64,000 bases of DNA, from positions 1 through 64,000 of the forward strand of contig JBEKHN010000009.1 of the NCBI GenBank assembly GCA_050012255.1. The letters are read 5' to 3'. Shown in pieces: positions 9,902 to 19,726 of this stretch (positions are counted from its first letter, which is position 1; the number at the start of each line of letters is the position of its first letter). Below the pieces are notes generated by a model that saw nothing but the letters and a program-made list of their open reading frames with translations, was not told the origin of the DNA and did no database searches. The translations under genes were made by a program, and so were the position numbers. This DNA is from Candidatus Bathyarchaeia archaeon (GTDB lineage Archaea; Thermoproteota; Bathyarchaeia; Bathyarchaeales; Bathycorpusculaceae).

Positions 9902-10900
9902 TTACAGGTCCTCAAGCATAGACGATGCAAGGTGAGACAGCAGGTCTCTGATTCCTTTTCTTTCTATCGTAGATGTGAAACTAATACTTTCAGCTACAAG
10001 CTTTTCCATCGTTCCTCTGAGTTTTTCTACACTTCTCGACTTGAAAACTATCCTAATCAGCTCGTCAACATTGCTATTTCTTACTCTTCCCCTAGATGTG
10101 AGCTCTTGGATTCTTTCTTTCGATTCGCTGTCTTGCATGGCGACTAATATTGGAAGTGGCAAGTATTCGCTGCGAATGCGCTGGTTTAACTCTTCGACTT
10201 CGAATATGTCTATGAATTCTTCTCTCAGCTGGGTTAATGTGCCGAGAATTCTTCCATACTTCGCCATGGCATCAATCTCACTCCTCGTTCCATTTCCAAG
10301 GATGGCTCCAATCCTGAAATCAGCTTCGATGCTCGCGGCCTTCATTCTGAAAATTCCAATATATTCTTCTAGGTTGGCGCTGGTTCTTTCTCTGAGGTTT
10401 AACTCCAAGGCGTGCCCATTACCCACCTCGAACAGCGCTCTTTTGAGAATTGCGCGAATTTCTTCGATCTTTTCTTGTGGTAAGTCGCTAGTCGATTCGG
10501 CGAGAAGGCTAAAGCCTTCTACCAGAAACGCGTTTCCTAACAGAAGCGCGATGTCGCACCCAAATTTCCCAAAGACTGTGGGCAAGCCATGTTTCATTTC
10601 TGACTTGTCTATGACATCGTCGTGAATGTCAAGCGCTGCGGCAATCATTGTTATGGCCGCTTGAACGCGGGTGCCAGCGGTCAAGTTTCCTCCAACCCCC
10701 TCACAGGCAATCGAGAACGACCCGGAATGAGTGAAATCGTTCCAGTGTAGGATGTAATGCTCTAATGCTTCTCGCAACTGTCTGTATTCTATCTTTTCTG
10801 CGAGAATAGTTTTCTTTGCGAATTCAAGGGGTTTCTTGCTTCTTCTCTTAAGCTCTTCTACAAGTATTTTGGATTGTTTTCGACTTGTGCCTGGGTTCAT
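9902..10900 (-). CDS. Polyprenyl synthetase-fold prenyltransferase with degenerate second motif
   Basis: FARM LDIHDDVID; second motif QLREEFID; no RRG after the FARM. Confidence 0.85.
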   Translation of the reverse strand: MNPGTSRKQSKILVEELKRRSKKPLEFAKKTILAEKIEYRQLREALEHYILHWNDFTHSGSFSIACEGVGGNLTAGTRVQAAITMIAAALDIHDDVIDKSEMKHGLPTVFGKFGCDIALLLGNAFLVEGFSLLAESTSDLPQEKIEEIRAILKRALFEVGNGHALELNLRERTSANLEEYIGIFRMKAASIEADFRIGAILGNGTRSEIDAMAKYGRILGTLTQLREEFIDIFEVEELNQRIRSEYLPLPILVAMQDSESKERIQELTSRGRVRNSNVDELIRIVFKSRSVEKLRGTMEKLVAESISFTSTIERKGIRDLLSHLASSMLEDL

Positions 10901-10963
10901 GGTCTTACGCTTATTGTTGGTTCTATTTAAAACCTGAGAGTATCGATTACCGAGAGTCGACGC

Positions 10964-11290
10964 TTATTCTACGTCATGTCCTTTTAACTGTTGTTTTAGA
11001 ACGCTTTTATACGCTTCCAAGTATTCTTCGCCTTTTCTAGTGATCTGATACACTTTTCTTTTTCTTCCGCCTTGTCGCTGGTTTTGGCCTATTATGAAGC
11101 TCTCTTGTTCAAGTTCGTTGAGAAGCGGATAGAGTGCTCCATGTCGGAGTCTCACGCCGAATTTTGCTTCTGCCTGCTTCTTAATCTTGTAGCCCCACAT
11201 GGGTTCGGTCTGAATTAGCCTTAACACCTGGATGTCGAGCAGGTTTCTGGTGATGCGTTGTACAATTTCCTTTCTGAAGATCTCCGCCAC
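10964..11290 (-). CDS. PadR family transcriptional regulator
   Basis: PMWGY, GALYPLL..LE and RKVYQIT.KG motifs. Confidence 0.92.
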   Translation of the reverse strand: MAEIFRKEIVQRITRNLLDIQVLRLIQTEPMWGYKIKKQAEAKFGVRLRHGALYPLLNELEQESFIIGQNQRQGGRKRKVYQITRKGEEYLEAYKSVLKQQLKGHDVE

Positions 11291-11450
11291 TTTTTCACGT
11301 TCTAGCTGTGGCCTATTTTGTAGTGGTTCATGTCTGAGTTTATTAGACTTACGTAAAAGTTCATGCTGCTATGTATGCTTCTTTATGCTTGTTTATGTTT
11401 GGGATGCGCATCAACGTTTATATTGGCGTTTAGTGTATATAGAGACTCAA

Positions 11451-11474
11451 GATACGTCTCGCAAGAGACATATC
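11451..11474. promoter_or_regulatory. Imperfect palindrome, candidate PadR operator
   Basis: GATACGTCTC-GCAA-GAGACATATC (9/10 arm match) downstream of the TTTATATT box at 11417, between divergent padR genes. Confidence 0.55.
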
Positions 11475-11527
11475 GTAGTCCCGTCTAACAGGCAAACTGT
11501 TGGACAGGCATACAAGACAAAGAAAAG

Positions 11528-11950
11528 GTGTTCGAAATGAACAACTCAAAGGAAGTCCAAACAAAGTTGATGAAAGGCCTTCTAGACCTCATAATACTCC
11601 AGTTCCTCAACGGACAACCCATGCATGGATACCAGATAATCACCAAGATCCGCAAGACGTTCGGAGTCTACTTCGGACCCAGCACAATCTACCCCCTACT
11701 TGGAACATTAGAAAAGAAAGGATTCGTTAAGAGCGACTGGCAGATGTCCACCGAAAGACCCAGAAAAGTGTACAAACTAACAACTGAGGGACAAAGCCTG
11801 CTGAACTTCACTGAAGATTCGCTCAACTTCATATGCAGAAAAATAGGCTCCCCAAACATGTTCAAGAACGGACCTCCAGAGGAAAATGTCTCACACTCAG
11901 TCCTGCGTCCTCTCCTGCGAAGAATTGAAGAACCCAAAGCAATGATCTAA
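11528..11950 (+). CDS. PadR family transcriptional regulator
   Basis: PMHGY, STIYPLL..LE and RKVYKLT.EG motifs. Confidence 0.92.
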   Translation: MFEMNNSKEVQTKLMKGLLDLIILQFLNGQPMHGYQIITKIRKTFGVYFGPSTIYPLLGTLEKKGFVKSDWQMSTERPRKVYKLTTEGQSLLNFTEDSLNFICRKIGSPNMFKNGPPEENVSHSVLRPLLRRIEEPKAMI

Positions 11951-12086
11951 GCCCCTCACTTCCACTTTCATTTCGTCAGACAAATCGAGAAGGCCCAACG
12001 GAGCACAAGCTGTTAAGATGTTAGACGCTGCTGGGCACAGTTTTTGTTAGCCTCTGAATCCTTTGCATTCTACGGTTACATCGCTG

Positions 12087-12300
12087 AAGGCTGACATAGT
12101 CCCAGTTCACTTTTCAAAACCGCACCTTAAACCCCTGCACGACATCTACGCCAGCATCGTCTACTCAGCACGAAGAAGCGATGTAGACACTGTCATAGTT
12201 GACGGAAAAACCCTGATGAGAACAATAAGATGAAGACTCTGACGAACAAGCTACCGTAGAAAAAGCCCAAAAAACAGCGCTAAATTTGGCGTCACGATGA
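12087..12300 (+). pseudogene. Amidohydrolase (MtaD/DadD-like) C-terminal remnant with frameshifts
   Basis: KADIVPVHFSKPHLKPLHDIYASIVYSARRSDVDTVIVDGKTLM then, after frameshifts, DEQATVEKAQKTALNLASR*. Confidence 0.8.
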
Positions 12301-12306
12301 GTACCC

Positions 12307-13686
12307 CTATCGCCTCAGCTGCCTCTCCAACTGATTCCTGATCTTTCTCAGCGTAGCACTCAGTTCGACTGGATACAAAGCGGCCCCAGCCAGTTTCTTG
12401 TACTTGTCTGGGAGTTGCAAGAGGTTCCGTAGAGTGACTCTTCTTATTTCTTCTAACCTTGGGACGTCGTAGGTTATGCGCCCTTTCTCCATGACCTTCA
12501 CTAGCAGAGGCTCTCCATTGACTTTCTCGTTTTCCAAACCTATAATATCCTTGAAGTATCTTCCTCCCTTGTCTCGCCTTCTGAAGATCTGTTTCTTTCC
12601 AGGCAGAGTTACCTTGCCCTTGCTCAGTTTCATCGCCGGAACAAACACTCCGCACTCCACTTTGCCCGACAGCTTGTACACAACATCCACGTACGGCCTG
12701 TCACAGGACGTGCTCATCCTTGTTCCGACACCGAACGCATCAATTTTGGCCCCTTTCTTCGTGAGGTCTTCGATCGCGTACTCGTCTAGGTCTCCGCTTG
12801 CAAAGATTTTGACGTATTGAAGTCCATGGGCGTCTAGGATGCGTCTGACCTTTATGCTCAAGTTCACTAGGTCGCCGCTATCAAGTCGAACCCCACTCAA
12901 TTTTTGTCCTTTTTCCTGCAATTCCAATGCGACGGTCGCCGCGTTTTCTGCACCTTTGAGGTCGTCGTACGTGTCTATGAGAAGGGTTGAGTTTTCGGGA
13001 AAGGTCTTCGCGAAAGTTCTGAAGGCATCAATTTCACGGTCAAAGGACATTACGTAAGAGTGGGCCATTGTTCCGAACAGAGGAATACCGTGCATCATGC
13101 CTGCAAGGACGTTTGAAGTTCCGCTGGCTCCAGCGATGTAGCTGCACCTTGCTGCCTTCATTCCAGCGTCGGTTCCCTGGGTTCTTCGCAAGCCGAACTC
13201 TACTATGGGCTTGCCTTGTGCCGCGAAAACAACTCTTGAGGCTTTAGTGGCGATCATCGTCTGCAGGTTTACCGTGTTAAGGATAAATGTCTCAACCAAT
13301 TGAGCTTCAACTATGGGTGCAGTCACTCTGATTAGGGGTTCGTCAGGAAAAACTATGGTTCCTTCGGGAACAGACCATACGTCTCCAGTGAATTTGAAGC
13401 TTTTCAGGTATTCCAAGAAATCTTCCTTTAAACCTTGCGTTCTCAAGTAGCTGATTTGGTCTCGACTAAACGTGATGTTTTCGAGAAAGAGCAATGCTTG
13501 TTCCAGTCCGGCGAAGACGAAGTATGACCTGTTGGGGGGTAGTTTTCTTATGAACAGGTCGAAAGTTGCGGCTTCGTTTCTCTTGTTTCTAAAATAGCTG
13601 GCGCACATCGTTAACTCGTAGAAGTCCGTCAAGAGGCTCATGTTTGTCTCGTCGACGAAGTCGAATTGAAGCTTTTTCATCCACAC
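12307..13686 (-). CDS. pncB: Nicotinate phosphoribosyltransferase
   Basis: LLTDFYELTM, EFGLRR, GTMAHS, DTYD and GVRLDSGD motifs. Confidence 0.95.
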   Translation of the reverse strand: MWMKKLQFDFVDETNMSLLTDFYELTMCASYFRNKRNEAATFDLFIRKLPPNRSYFVFAGLEQALLFLENITFSRDQISYLRTQGLKEDFLEYLKSFKFTGDVWSVPEGTIVFPDEPLIRVTAPIVEAQLVETFILNTVNLQTMIATKASRVVFAAQGKPIVEFGLRRTQGTDAGMKAARCSYIAGASGTSNVLAGMMHGIPLFGTMAHSYVMSFDREIDAFRTFAKTFPENSTLLIDTYDDLKGAENAATVALELQEKGQKLSGVRLDSGDLVNLSIKVRRILDAHGLQYVKIFASGDLDEYAIEDLTKKGAKIDAFGVGTRMSTSCDRPYVDVVYKLSGKVECGVFVPAMKLSKGKVTLPGKKQIFRRRDKGGRYFKDIIGLENEKVNGEPLLVKVMEKGRITYDVPRLEEIRRVTLRNLLQLPDKYKKLAGAALYPVELSATLRKIRNQLERQLRR

Positions 13687-13935
13687 CCACAGAGAACTAT
13701 TATCCTTCGATGGTTTTAAGAAAGTTTACATATTTTCTTGCTTGATTCGGCTTAGCATCCCTGTATTCGCGTTTTTCCCCGTTAACTTCACCTACCCCCT
13801 CCCCTCTTAGGTGTCAGCCCCAATCTTACGTGTTCGCCTGAGACTCCCTGAAGACGGATGGGCTGTCGTTTTAGGCTGATGAGCTAGTGCTGGCTAATCT
13901 TAATTAGTTGGTCCGTTATTGTATTTTTTCTTCGT

Positions 13936-14910
13936 ATGGTGCAAAAAGTGCCGCCAATAATCAGGATGGAGAACCTTACCAAAAAATTCGGTGAATTTGC
14001 CGCAGTTGACCATTTGAACCTGGAGGTTGAGGAGGGTGAGATTCTCGGACTTCTGGGGCCTAACGGTGCGGGGAAGACCACGGCCATTCTTATGCTCGCC
14101 ACGGTTATTCGACCGACGGAGGGCACGGCGTATGTTGGTGAGTACGACATACGGAAACAGCCAGAGAAGGTGCGGGCCATGCTTGGCATATGCTTTCAAG
14201 AGCCTAAGATGCTGTGGGTGGCCACCCCCTGGGACCTAGTCAACTGGCATGCCAAGGTCTGTGGGCTCTCAACTGCTGAGCGAAAGAGAAGGGTTAAGGA
14301 GGTCTTGGATGCCGTTCAGATGTGGGATGCTCGACACAAGAGCGTTCACGCACTTTCGGGTGGAATGCGTAAGCGTATTGAAATGGCAAAGGTCTTGGTT
14401 CAAAGACCGAAGATAGCAATTGTCGATGAGCCTACGGCACAGATTGATGTTGTGGGTAAGCACAAGATATGGAACATGCTTCTTGAACTTCGCGATGAAG
14501 GCACGACTATAATTCTTGCGACGAACGAGCTTTATGAGGCTGATGAGCTTTCGGACAGAGTTGGAATACTGCACAGAGGAAAACTGCTCGTCTGCGACAC
14601 GCCTAAAAAGTTGAAGGACAGCATCGTCGGGGGCGACATAATCGATGTCCAACTTGGAGAGGGCGCGTCGCCCAAGATAATCGAAGAACTCAAGGGCTTC
14701 AAGGAAGTTGTTGATATCACGCAGTTTAAACCGACAAACCTCCGCCTTTACTTGAACAGGGTTGAAGAGATCGTGCCGCGCATCATGAACCTGTTCACGG
14801 AGAGAAACGTGCCGGTCACTTCGATACGCATGAGCGAACCAAGTCTTGACGATGTCTTCGCGCACTACACAGGCTTGACGATCGAACAGGCACAGAAAGA
14901 CCAGGAGTGA
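13936..14910 (+). CDS. ABC-2 (DrrA-like) exporter ATP-binding protein
   Basis: GPNGAGKTT, LSGG, DEPT; C-terminal DUF4162-like EPSLDDVF. Confidence 0.93.
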   Translation: MVQKVPPIIRMENLTKKFGEFAAVDHLNLEVEEGEILGLLGPNGAGKTTAILMLATVIRPTEGTAYVGEYDIRKQPEKVRAMLGICFQEPKMLWVATPWDLVNWHAKVCGLSTAERKRRVKEVLDAVQMWDARHKSVHALSGGMRKRIEMAKVLVQRPKIAIVDEPTAQIDVVGKHKIWNMLLELRDEGTTIILATNELYEADELSDRVGILHRGKLLVCDTPKKLKDSIVGGDIIDVQLGEGASPKIIEELKGFKEVVDITQFKPTNLRLYLNRVEEIVPRIMNLFTERNVPVTSIRMSEPSLDDVFAHYTGLTIEQAQKDQE

Positions 14911-14932
14911 ACTGTGGACGAACAAGCTTCTC

Positions 14933-15676
14933 TTGGTAATTGAAAGAGACGTGCGCCTCTTCTTCCAGTATAAATTTCTGATAATAATGAGGGCAATTTG
15001 GTTCGTGTCACAAATAGCATTTTTCGGACTCATCGCATCTCGCATGATGAGCGTGCCCGACTACTTTCACTACTACGTGGGCGGGCTTTCAGTCATGACG
15101 TTGTGGTCTGCCGCCGTGTTCATCGGCTTCGACATCTACGAGGAGGCAGAACACGGCGTTTTTGAGTATTTGCTCAGTCTGCCAGTGTCTAGGAGGCAGC
15201 TGGTCTTGGGCAGATCAATTGGTGGAGGCCTCAGGGCCTTTATTTATGTAGGGCCTTTGATCGCCGTATCAATGTTTGTTATCGGTTCCGTGAATCCGGT
15301 TGCATTCATCGTGTCTCTGCTTGCTCTGTTCCTTTTTTCATTCGGCGTCTCAGGCATGAGCATCACGATTGCAGTGGTAATAAAGTCCAGTGATCGGTTT
15401 GACATCTTCATGGGCGTCCTAGATGCTCTAGTGGTCCGTCTCAGCACAGCGATGTACCCCTTGGCGATTGTGCAGGCGACCAACCCCGTTTACGCCGGGA
15501 TCACGAATTTCAACCCGCTCACTTACGCTGCGGACCTGTTCCGCTGGGGCGCATCGATAATAACGCTGGACAACCCGCTCTTACCATTGCTCGGCATAGT
15601 CGCATTTTTCGCGTTCTTCACTTTCGTGGGTATGGTACTCTACGAGCAGCGGATAGAAGGCGGAGGGTGGCAATAA
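14933..15676 (+). CDS. ABC-2 type permease
   Basis: About six TM segments; NPLTY motif; in operon with the ATPase. Confidence 0.88.
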   Translation: MVIERDVRLFFQYKFLIIMRAIWFVSQIAFFGLIASRMMSVPDYFHYYVGGLSVMTLWSAAVFIGFDIYEEAEHGVFEYLLSLPVSRRQLVLGRSIGGGLRAFIYVGPLIAVSMFVIGSVNPVAFIVSLLALFLFSFGVSGMSITIAVVIKSSDRFDIFMGVLDALVVRLSTAMYPLAIVQATNPVYAGITNFNPLTYAADLFRWGASIITLDNPLLPLLGIVAFFAFFTFVGMVLYEQRIEGGGWQ

Positions 15677-16452
15677 TGAAGGCGATTCTATACATGGTTG
15701 AACACGATTTCAGGAACTTTTTCCGGTATAAGTGGTGGCTCGTAGGACTGATCAGTATGAACTTGGCAGACCTGTTCATAATGGCACTGGTTTACAGCCA
15801 CATGCTGAGCAGCTCTGCGGGGATCACGAACTACTTCACCTTCTTCGCACCTGGACTCGCAGTCACCGGCTTGTTCGCCTCAGCCTTCATGATCGGTCGT
15901 GAAGTAAACATGGAGCGCCGGAGGGAAGTCCATCATTACATGCTAAGTCTACCAATGACGAGGACCGAACTCGCCGTGGGACGAGTGTTATCGGGAGGAT
16001 TGCGCGGAATGATCTACATGTCTCCTCTGCTGCTCACATGCTTCATTTTCCTAGGCTTCCCAACGATACCGCAGTTCCTGTTGATCTTGGCAGTGCTCTT
16101 CTTTGTAGCGTTGGGAATCTCAGGCTTAAGCATCACAATCGCAGTGTCCACCTCAAGTCTAGAGAAATTCATAACCGCAAGAGGATTGGTCTATTATTCG
16201 CTCTTCTTTTGCAGCAGCGTCTTTTATCCACTTTCCCTGATTGAAGAGCTCGGGCGAGAAGGCAAATTTCCAAGCGTACTCGTGACGTTCGCGGAAATCA
16301 ACCCCCTCAGTAACGCGTCTGACATGATACGCTCCTTCCTGCTGCCAGGATACATTTTTAGCCAAAGTTGGGTGCTCTCTGTTCTGGTTTTCTCAGCCAT
16401 CTTCACCCTGAGTGCAACATTTGCTTACATGAAAATAATAGAACGCACATAG
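15667..16452 (+). CDS. ABC-2 type permease (probable start 15676)
   Basis: About six TM segments; FYP and NPLS motifs. Confidence 0.88.
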   Translation: MAIMKAILYMVEHDFRNFFRYKWWLVGLISMNLADLFIMALVYSHMLSSSAGITNYFTFFAPGLAVTGLFASAFMIGREVNMERRREVHHYMLSLPMTRTELAVGRVLSGGLRGMIYMSPLLLTCFIFLGFPTIPQFLLILAVLFFVALGISGLSITIAVSTSSLEKFITARGLVYYSLFFCSSVFYPLSLIEELGREGKFPSVLVTFAEINPLSNASDMIRSFLLPGYIFSQSWVLSVLVFSAIFTLSATFAYMKIIERT

Positions 16453-16549
16453 TAACGTTCAAGCCTATTTCCCATGGTTAGATTTATGAATACGCACAAC
16501 ATATCTTGTTTCCCTCCACCTTCGAAACTTCGGTCTGAAGGGTACACCC

Positions 16550-17911
16550 ATGGACAAAGTGGACGCCATCTTTGAACCGAAATCGGCCGTACTGATAGGC
16601 TCTAGCAAGATTCGAGAAGAGGTCGGGATGGCTTCACCGCAGCTCTTCGGCAACGTTACGTACAACATGAAGAGGTTCTACCGCAAGAAAGCCTACGTCG
16701 TAGACATCGACGGCCGAGCTGGCTACAAGAACCTGATCAAGCTGCCAGAAGTACCTGACCTTGCAGTCATCATGCTTCCACCCGAACTTTCGGTCGCCCA
16801 AGCAGTGGAGTGCGCCAAGGTGGGTGTCAAAGCCCTTGTCATGATCACTGGTGGCTACAAAGAAAATCAGCGCGCCAGCCTTCTAAGACTTAAGGAGAGG
16901 TATGGCACCAGAATCCTTGGCCCAAACACGATTATGGGTGTACTGAACACTGCCAACGGATTGAACACGACCTTTGAAATAGACCTCATGCCCGAAAAGG
17001 GAAACATCGCAGTCATATCCCAGAGCGGCGGAGTCGGCGCCTGCCTACTCGACTGGGCATGCTTCTTCAACGTCGGAATCAGCAAGTTTGCTTTTGTAGG
17101 CGACAAGGTTGACGTGAATGACGTTGATTTGCTGCGGTATCTCGGAAAGGACAGGAAAACGAAGGTGATATGTCTCTACATGGAAGGGGTCAAGAACGGC
17201 AGAGAATTCATTGACGAGGCGAGAAGGATCGTAAAGCGGAAGCCCATTTTGGTTCTCAAAGGGGGAGTTACCCGCGAGTCGGCGCAGAGGGCAAAATCGC
17301 ACACGGCTTCAATAGCCGGGTCAAACGAGGTTTTTGATGCGGCTTTCAAGAAAGCAGGTGTAATCAGGGTGGAAAACATCGAGGAACTGATGGACATGGC
17401 TATCGCGCTGTCTAAACAGCCACCGATGCTCGGAGACAACGTGGCAATCGTGAGTAACGTTGGAGGGCCGGCCATACTGGCGGCGGATGCAGTTCAAAGG
17501 AACGGTCTGAAGCTTGCAGGCTTGTCTTCTGGGACAAAGAAGGAAATCGAGCGTCAATATCCTGGGGTGGACGCCAGCAATCCTATAGACTTGATTGCTG
17601 ATGCAAAGGCTGACAGATACAAGAAGGTGCTTGAGCTTATACTTGCGGACAAGAACGTAGACGGCGTGCTAGTGATCAACATGCTCAAATCTACGTTCTT
17701 TGAACCGAAGGACTCAAGGGTAATTCCAAGAATAGCGTCAAGGTTTCCACGCAAACCGGTTGTGGATGTTCCAGCTGGCGGAGCGGATTTCGCAAAAGTG
17801 TATGAGGTGCTGGGTCGATCAAGTATTCCGCTGTATAATCTCCCCGAGAAAGCCGCGAGAGCACTGCGAGTGTTGAGAGCTTACGCAATGATTCGCGAAA
17901 GAAAGGATTAG
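16550..17911 (+). CDS. acdA: ADP-forming acyl-CoA synthetase alpha subunit
   Basis: GPNT.G, SQSG, LYMEG, SHTAS (phospho-His), SNVGG and NPIDL motifs. Confidence 0.88.
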   Translation: MDKVDAIFEPKSAVLIGSSKIREEVGMASPQLFGNVTYNMKRFYRKKAYVVDIDGRAGYKNLIKLPEVPDLAVIMLPPELSVAQAVECAKVGVKALVMITGGYKENQRASLLRLKERYGTRILGPNTIMGVLNTANGLNTTFEIDLMPEKGNIAVISQSGGVGACLLDWACFFNVGISKFAFVGDKVDVNDVDLLRYLGKDRKTKVICLYMEGVKNGREFIDEARRIVKRKPILVLKGGVTRESAQRAKSHTASIAGSNEVFDAAFKKAGVIRVENIEELMDMAIALSKQPPMLGDNVAIVSNVGGPAILAADAVQRNGLKLAGLSSGTKKEIERQYPGVDASNPIDLIADAKADRYKKVLELILADKNVDGVLVINMLKSTFFEPKDSRVIPRIASRFPRKPVVDVPAGGADFAKVYEVLGRSSIPLYNLPEKAARALRVLRAYAMIRERKD

Positions 17912-18017
17912 ATCCCATCACTAACGCGATCTCTTCGGGTGAAGTCAGAAGCATCAACTATATCTCGTAGAGATCTAGATTGTACTTGAGATCATAGTCC
18001 TCGTTTAGGGTGAAAAG

Positions 18018-19724
18018 TTGGTTCAGAGCACATTGCACCCAGATCCGAAACTGACTGAAGAAGTTCTCGACTTTTGCAGGCATGTCGCAGGCTCTTCCCA
18101 TGTTGTTGCAGGTTGTGTACGAAGCGATTACGCTTCAGTATTGCCCACGACGAAAACGGTTCTTCAGGTGCTTGTCATTCTTCGCGATTTTCAGCCGAGG
18201 CTGATGAATTACGTCAAGGTTCTGGGTGCAAGCTACGTCACTGTTTCAGCAGTTGACAAGTGGGTTTTTGAAAGAGACGTAGACAAGGGATTGCTGGGCG
18301 AAGCTTTGGCCGGTGCACTCACCTTCCCATACGCAACCCTAGTAAATGAGCCGTACTTGCACTCGCAGGAGGTGAAGTTGAAGAAACGCTTGGTTGCCGA
18401 ACTTTTACGGAGTCTGGTTATGGATTTCCCAGAACTCTCGTACGAATTGCACATTAAACCAGAGTATTTCATGTATGAAACCATGTTGACGAGAGGCCGA
18501 CTTTTTCCACCGACGATGTACGCCTTGACGAGTCTCCTAGGAAAAAAGGAAGGTGAAATGGGTGTGGAGTGCTCTCTTCACGGTTTCGTCGAAGCATTGA
18601 AGCAGCTTGAAGAAGACGGCATAGTTTATCACTCGAAAGGTTACCTGAGAATTTCAAAGAAGTTTGTCGATGATTCGCGAAGTCGCAGGGCACGTTTTAC
18701 CGACCTTTTCAAGACAGGCCAAAGAGCTTTATTTACATCCTTGCTCGGTCTCTTCCCGCAGATTATGAACGCGCTTTCACAGAACAGGGAGCTTTTCTCT
18801 GGCATTCAGAGGGCTTTTGGTGAGGATTCAAAGATTTGGCAGAGGTTCGAGGATCCTGAGAATTACGTTTATGTTCCGACGGCAACCGGTTTAGTGCCGC
18901 TCGCGAGCAGGTTAGACATCGAAGTTGTTGCCAGAAAGGTGTTTTCGGCAGATGCGAATGCTGAAGTCAAGGTTGAGAACATGGGCGGCATCTTGAACGA
19001 TGTTTATCTGGTAAAGACGTTTGCTGGAGGTAAGCCTAGGAAAGCAGTTGTCAAGCGATTCAGGGACTGGTCGAATTTCAAATGGTTTCCTCTCACGTTG
19101 TGGTCTGTTGGAACGCGAACCTTTGCGGTTTCAGGCAGCTCAAGACTCCAAAGGGAGTGCGCTATCAGTCGATTGTTAGATTCAAACGGTTTCGTCGTCC
19201 CTAAAGTTCTGCACGTGAGTCGTGGCGACCGGTTGATAGTTATGGAGTACTTCGAAGGAGAGGATATTGGAAGGGTCGTGAAGCAAGTTGCGAGTTCGAA
19301 GAATTCTGATGAGATTGCGAAAGATCTAGATGTGGTCGCAAGAGTTGGGAAAACGCTTGCAGGTGTGCATGCGCTGGGTATTGCTTTGGGGGACACGAAG
19401 CCTGAGAATATCCTTATCGGAAAGGAAGGTCAAATATGTCTGATGGATTTTGAGCAGGCAAGTCGAAACGGAGACGCGGTTTGGGACCTTGCCGAATTTC
19501 TCTACTATTCAGGACATAACATTTCTCCGTTCGTTGAAGCTAGAAGGCTGGAGAAGTTCGCTGAGACTTTTATCAGGGGATATTTGGAAGGCGGAGGAAG
19601 CGTTGCTACTGTCAAGAAAGCTGGCAGCCCAAAATACACGAAGGTTTTCAGCGTGTTCACTTTTCCGCACATAATGTTTATTCTCTCAAGCGTCTGCAGG
19701 AGAGCAGACAAGCTGAAGGCGTAG
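18018..19724 (+). CDS. Degenerate nucleotidyltransferase-like domain plus Kdo/Bud32-like kinase
   Basis: C-terminal VVKRF, LGDTKPENIL, MDFEQA; N-terminus resembles a Pol-beta fold. Confidence 0.75.
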   Translation: MVQSTLHPDPKLTEEVLDFCRHVAGSSHVVAGCVRSDYASVLPTTKTVLQVLVILRDFQPRLMNYVKVLGASYVTVSAVDKWVFERDVDKGLLGEALAGALTFPYATLVNEPYLHSQEVKLKKRLVAELLRSLVMDFPELSYELHIKPEYFMYETMLTRGRLFPPTMYALTSLLGKKEGEMGVECSLHGFVEALKQLEEDGIVYHSKGYLRISKKFVDDSRSRRARFTDLFKTGQRALFTSLLGLFPQIMNALSQNRELFSGIQRAFGEDSKIWQRFEDPENYVYVPTATGLVPLASRLDIEVVARKVFSADANAEVKVENMGGILNDVYLVKTFAGGKPRKAVVKRFRDWSNFKWFPLTLWSVGTRTFAVSGSSRLQRECAISRLLDSNGFVVPKVLHVSRGDRLIVMEYFEGEDIGRVVKQVASSKNSDEIAKDLDVVARVGKTLAGVHALGIALGDTKPENILIGKEGQICLMDFEQASRNGDAVWDLAEFLYYSGHNISPFVEARRLEKFAETFIRGYLEGGGSVATVKKAGSPKYTKVFSVFTFPHIMFILSSVCRRADKLKA

Positions 19725-19726
19725 GC

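Noticed and set aside
13875-13898. CTGATGAG as a hammerhead ribozyme core or C/D box
   Set aside because: No GAAA after stem II and no complete C/D box set
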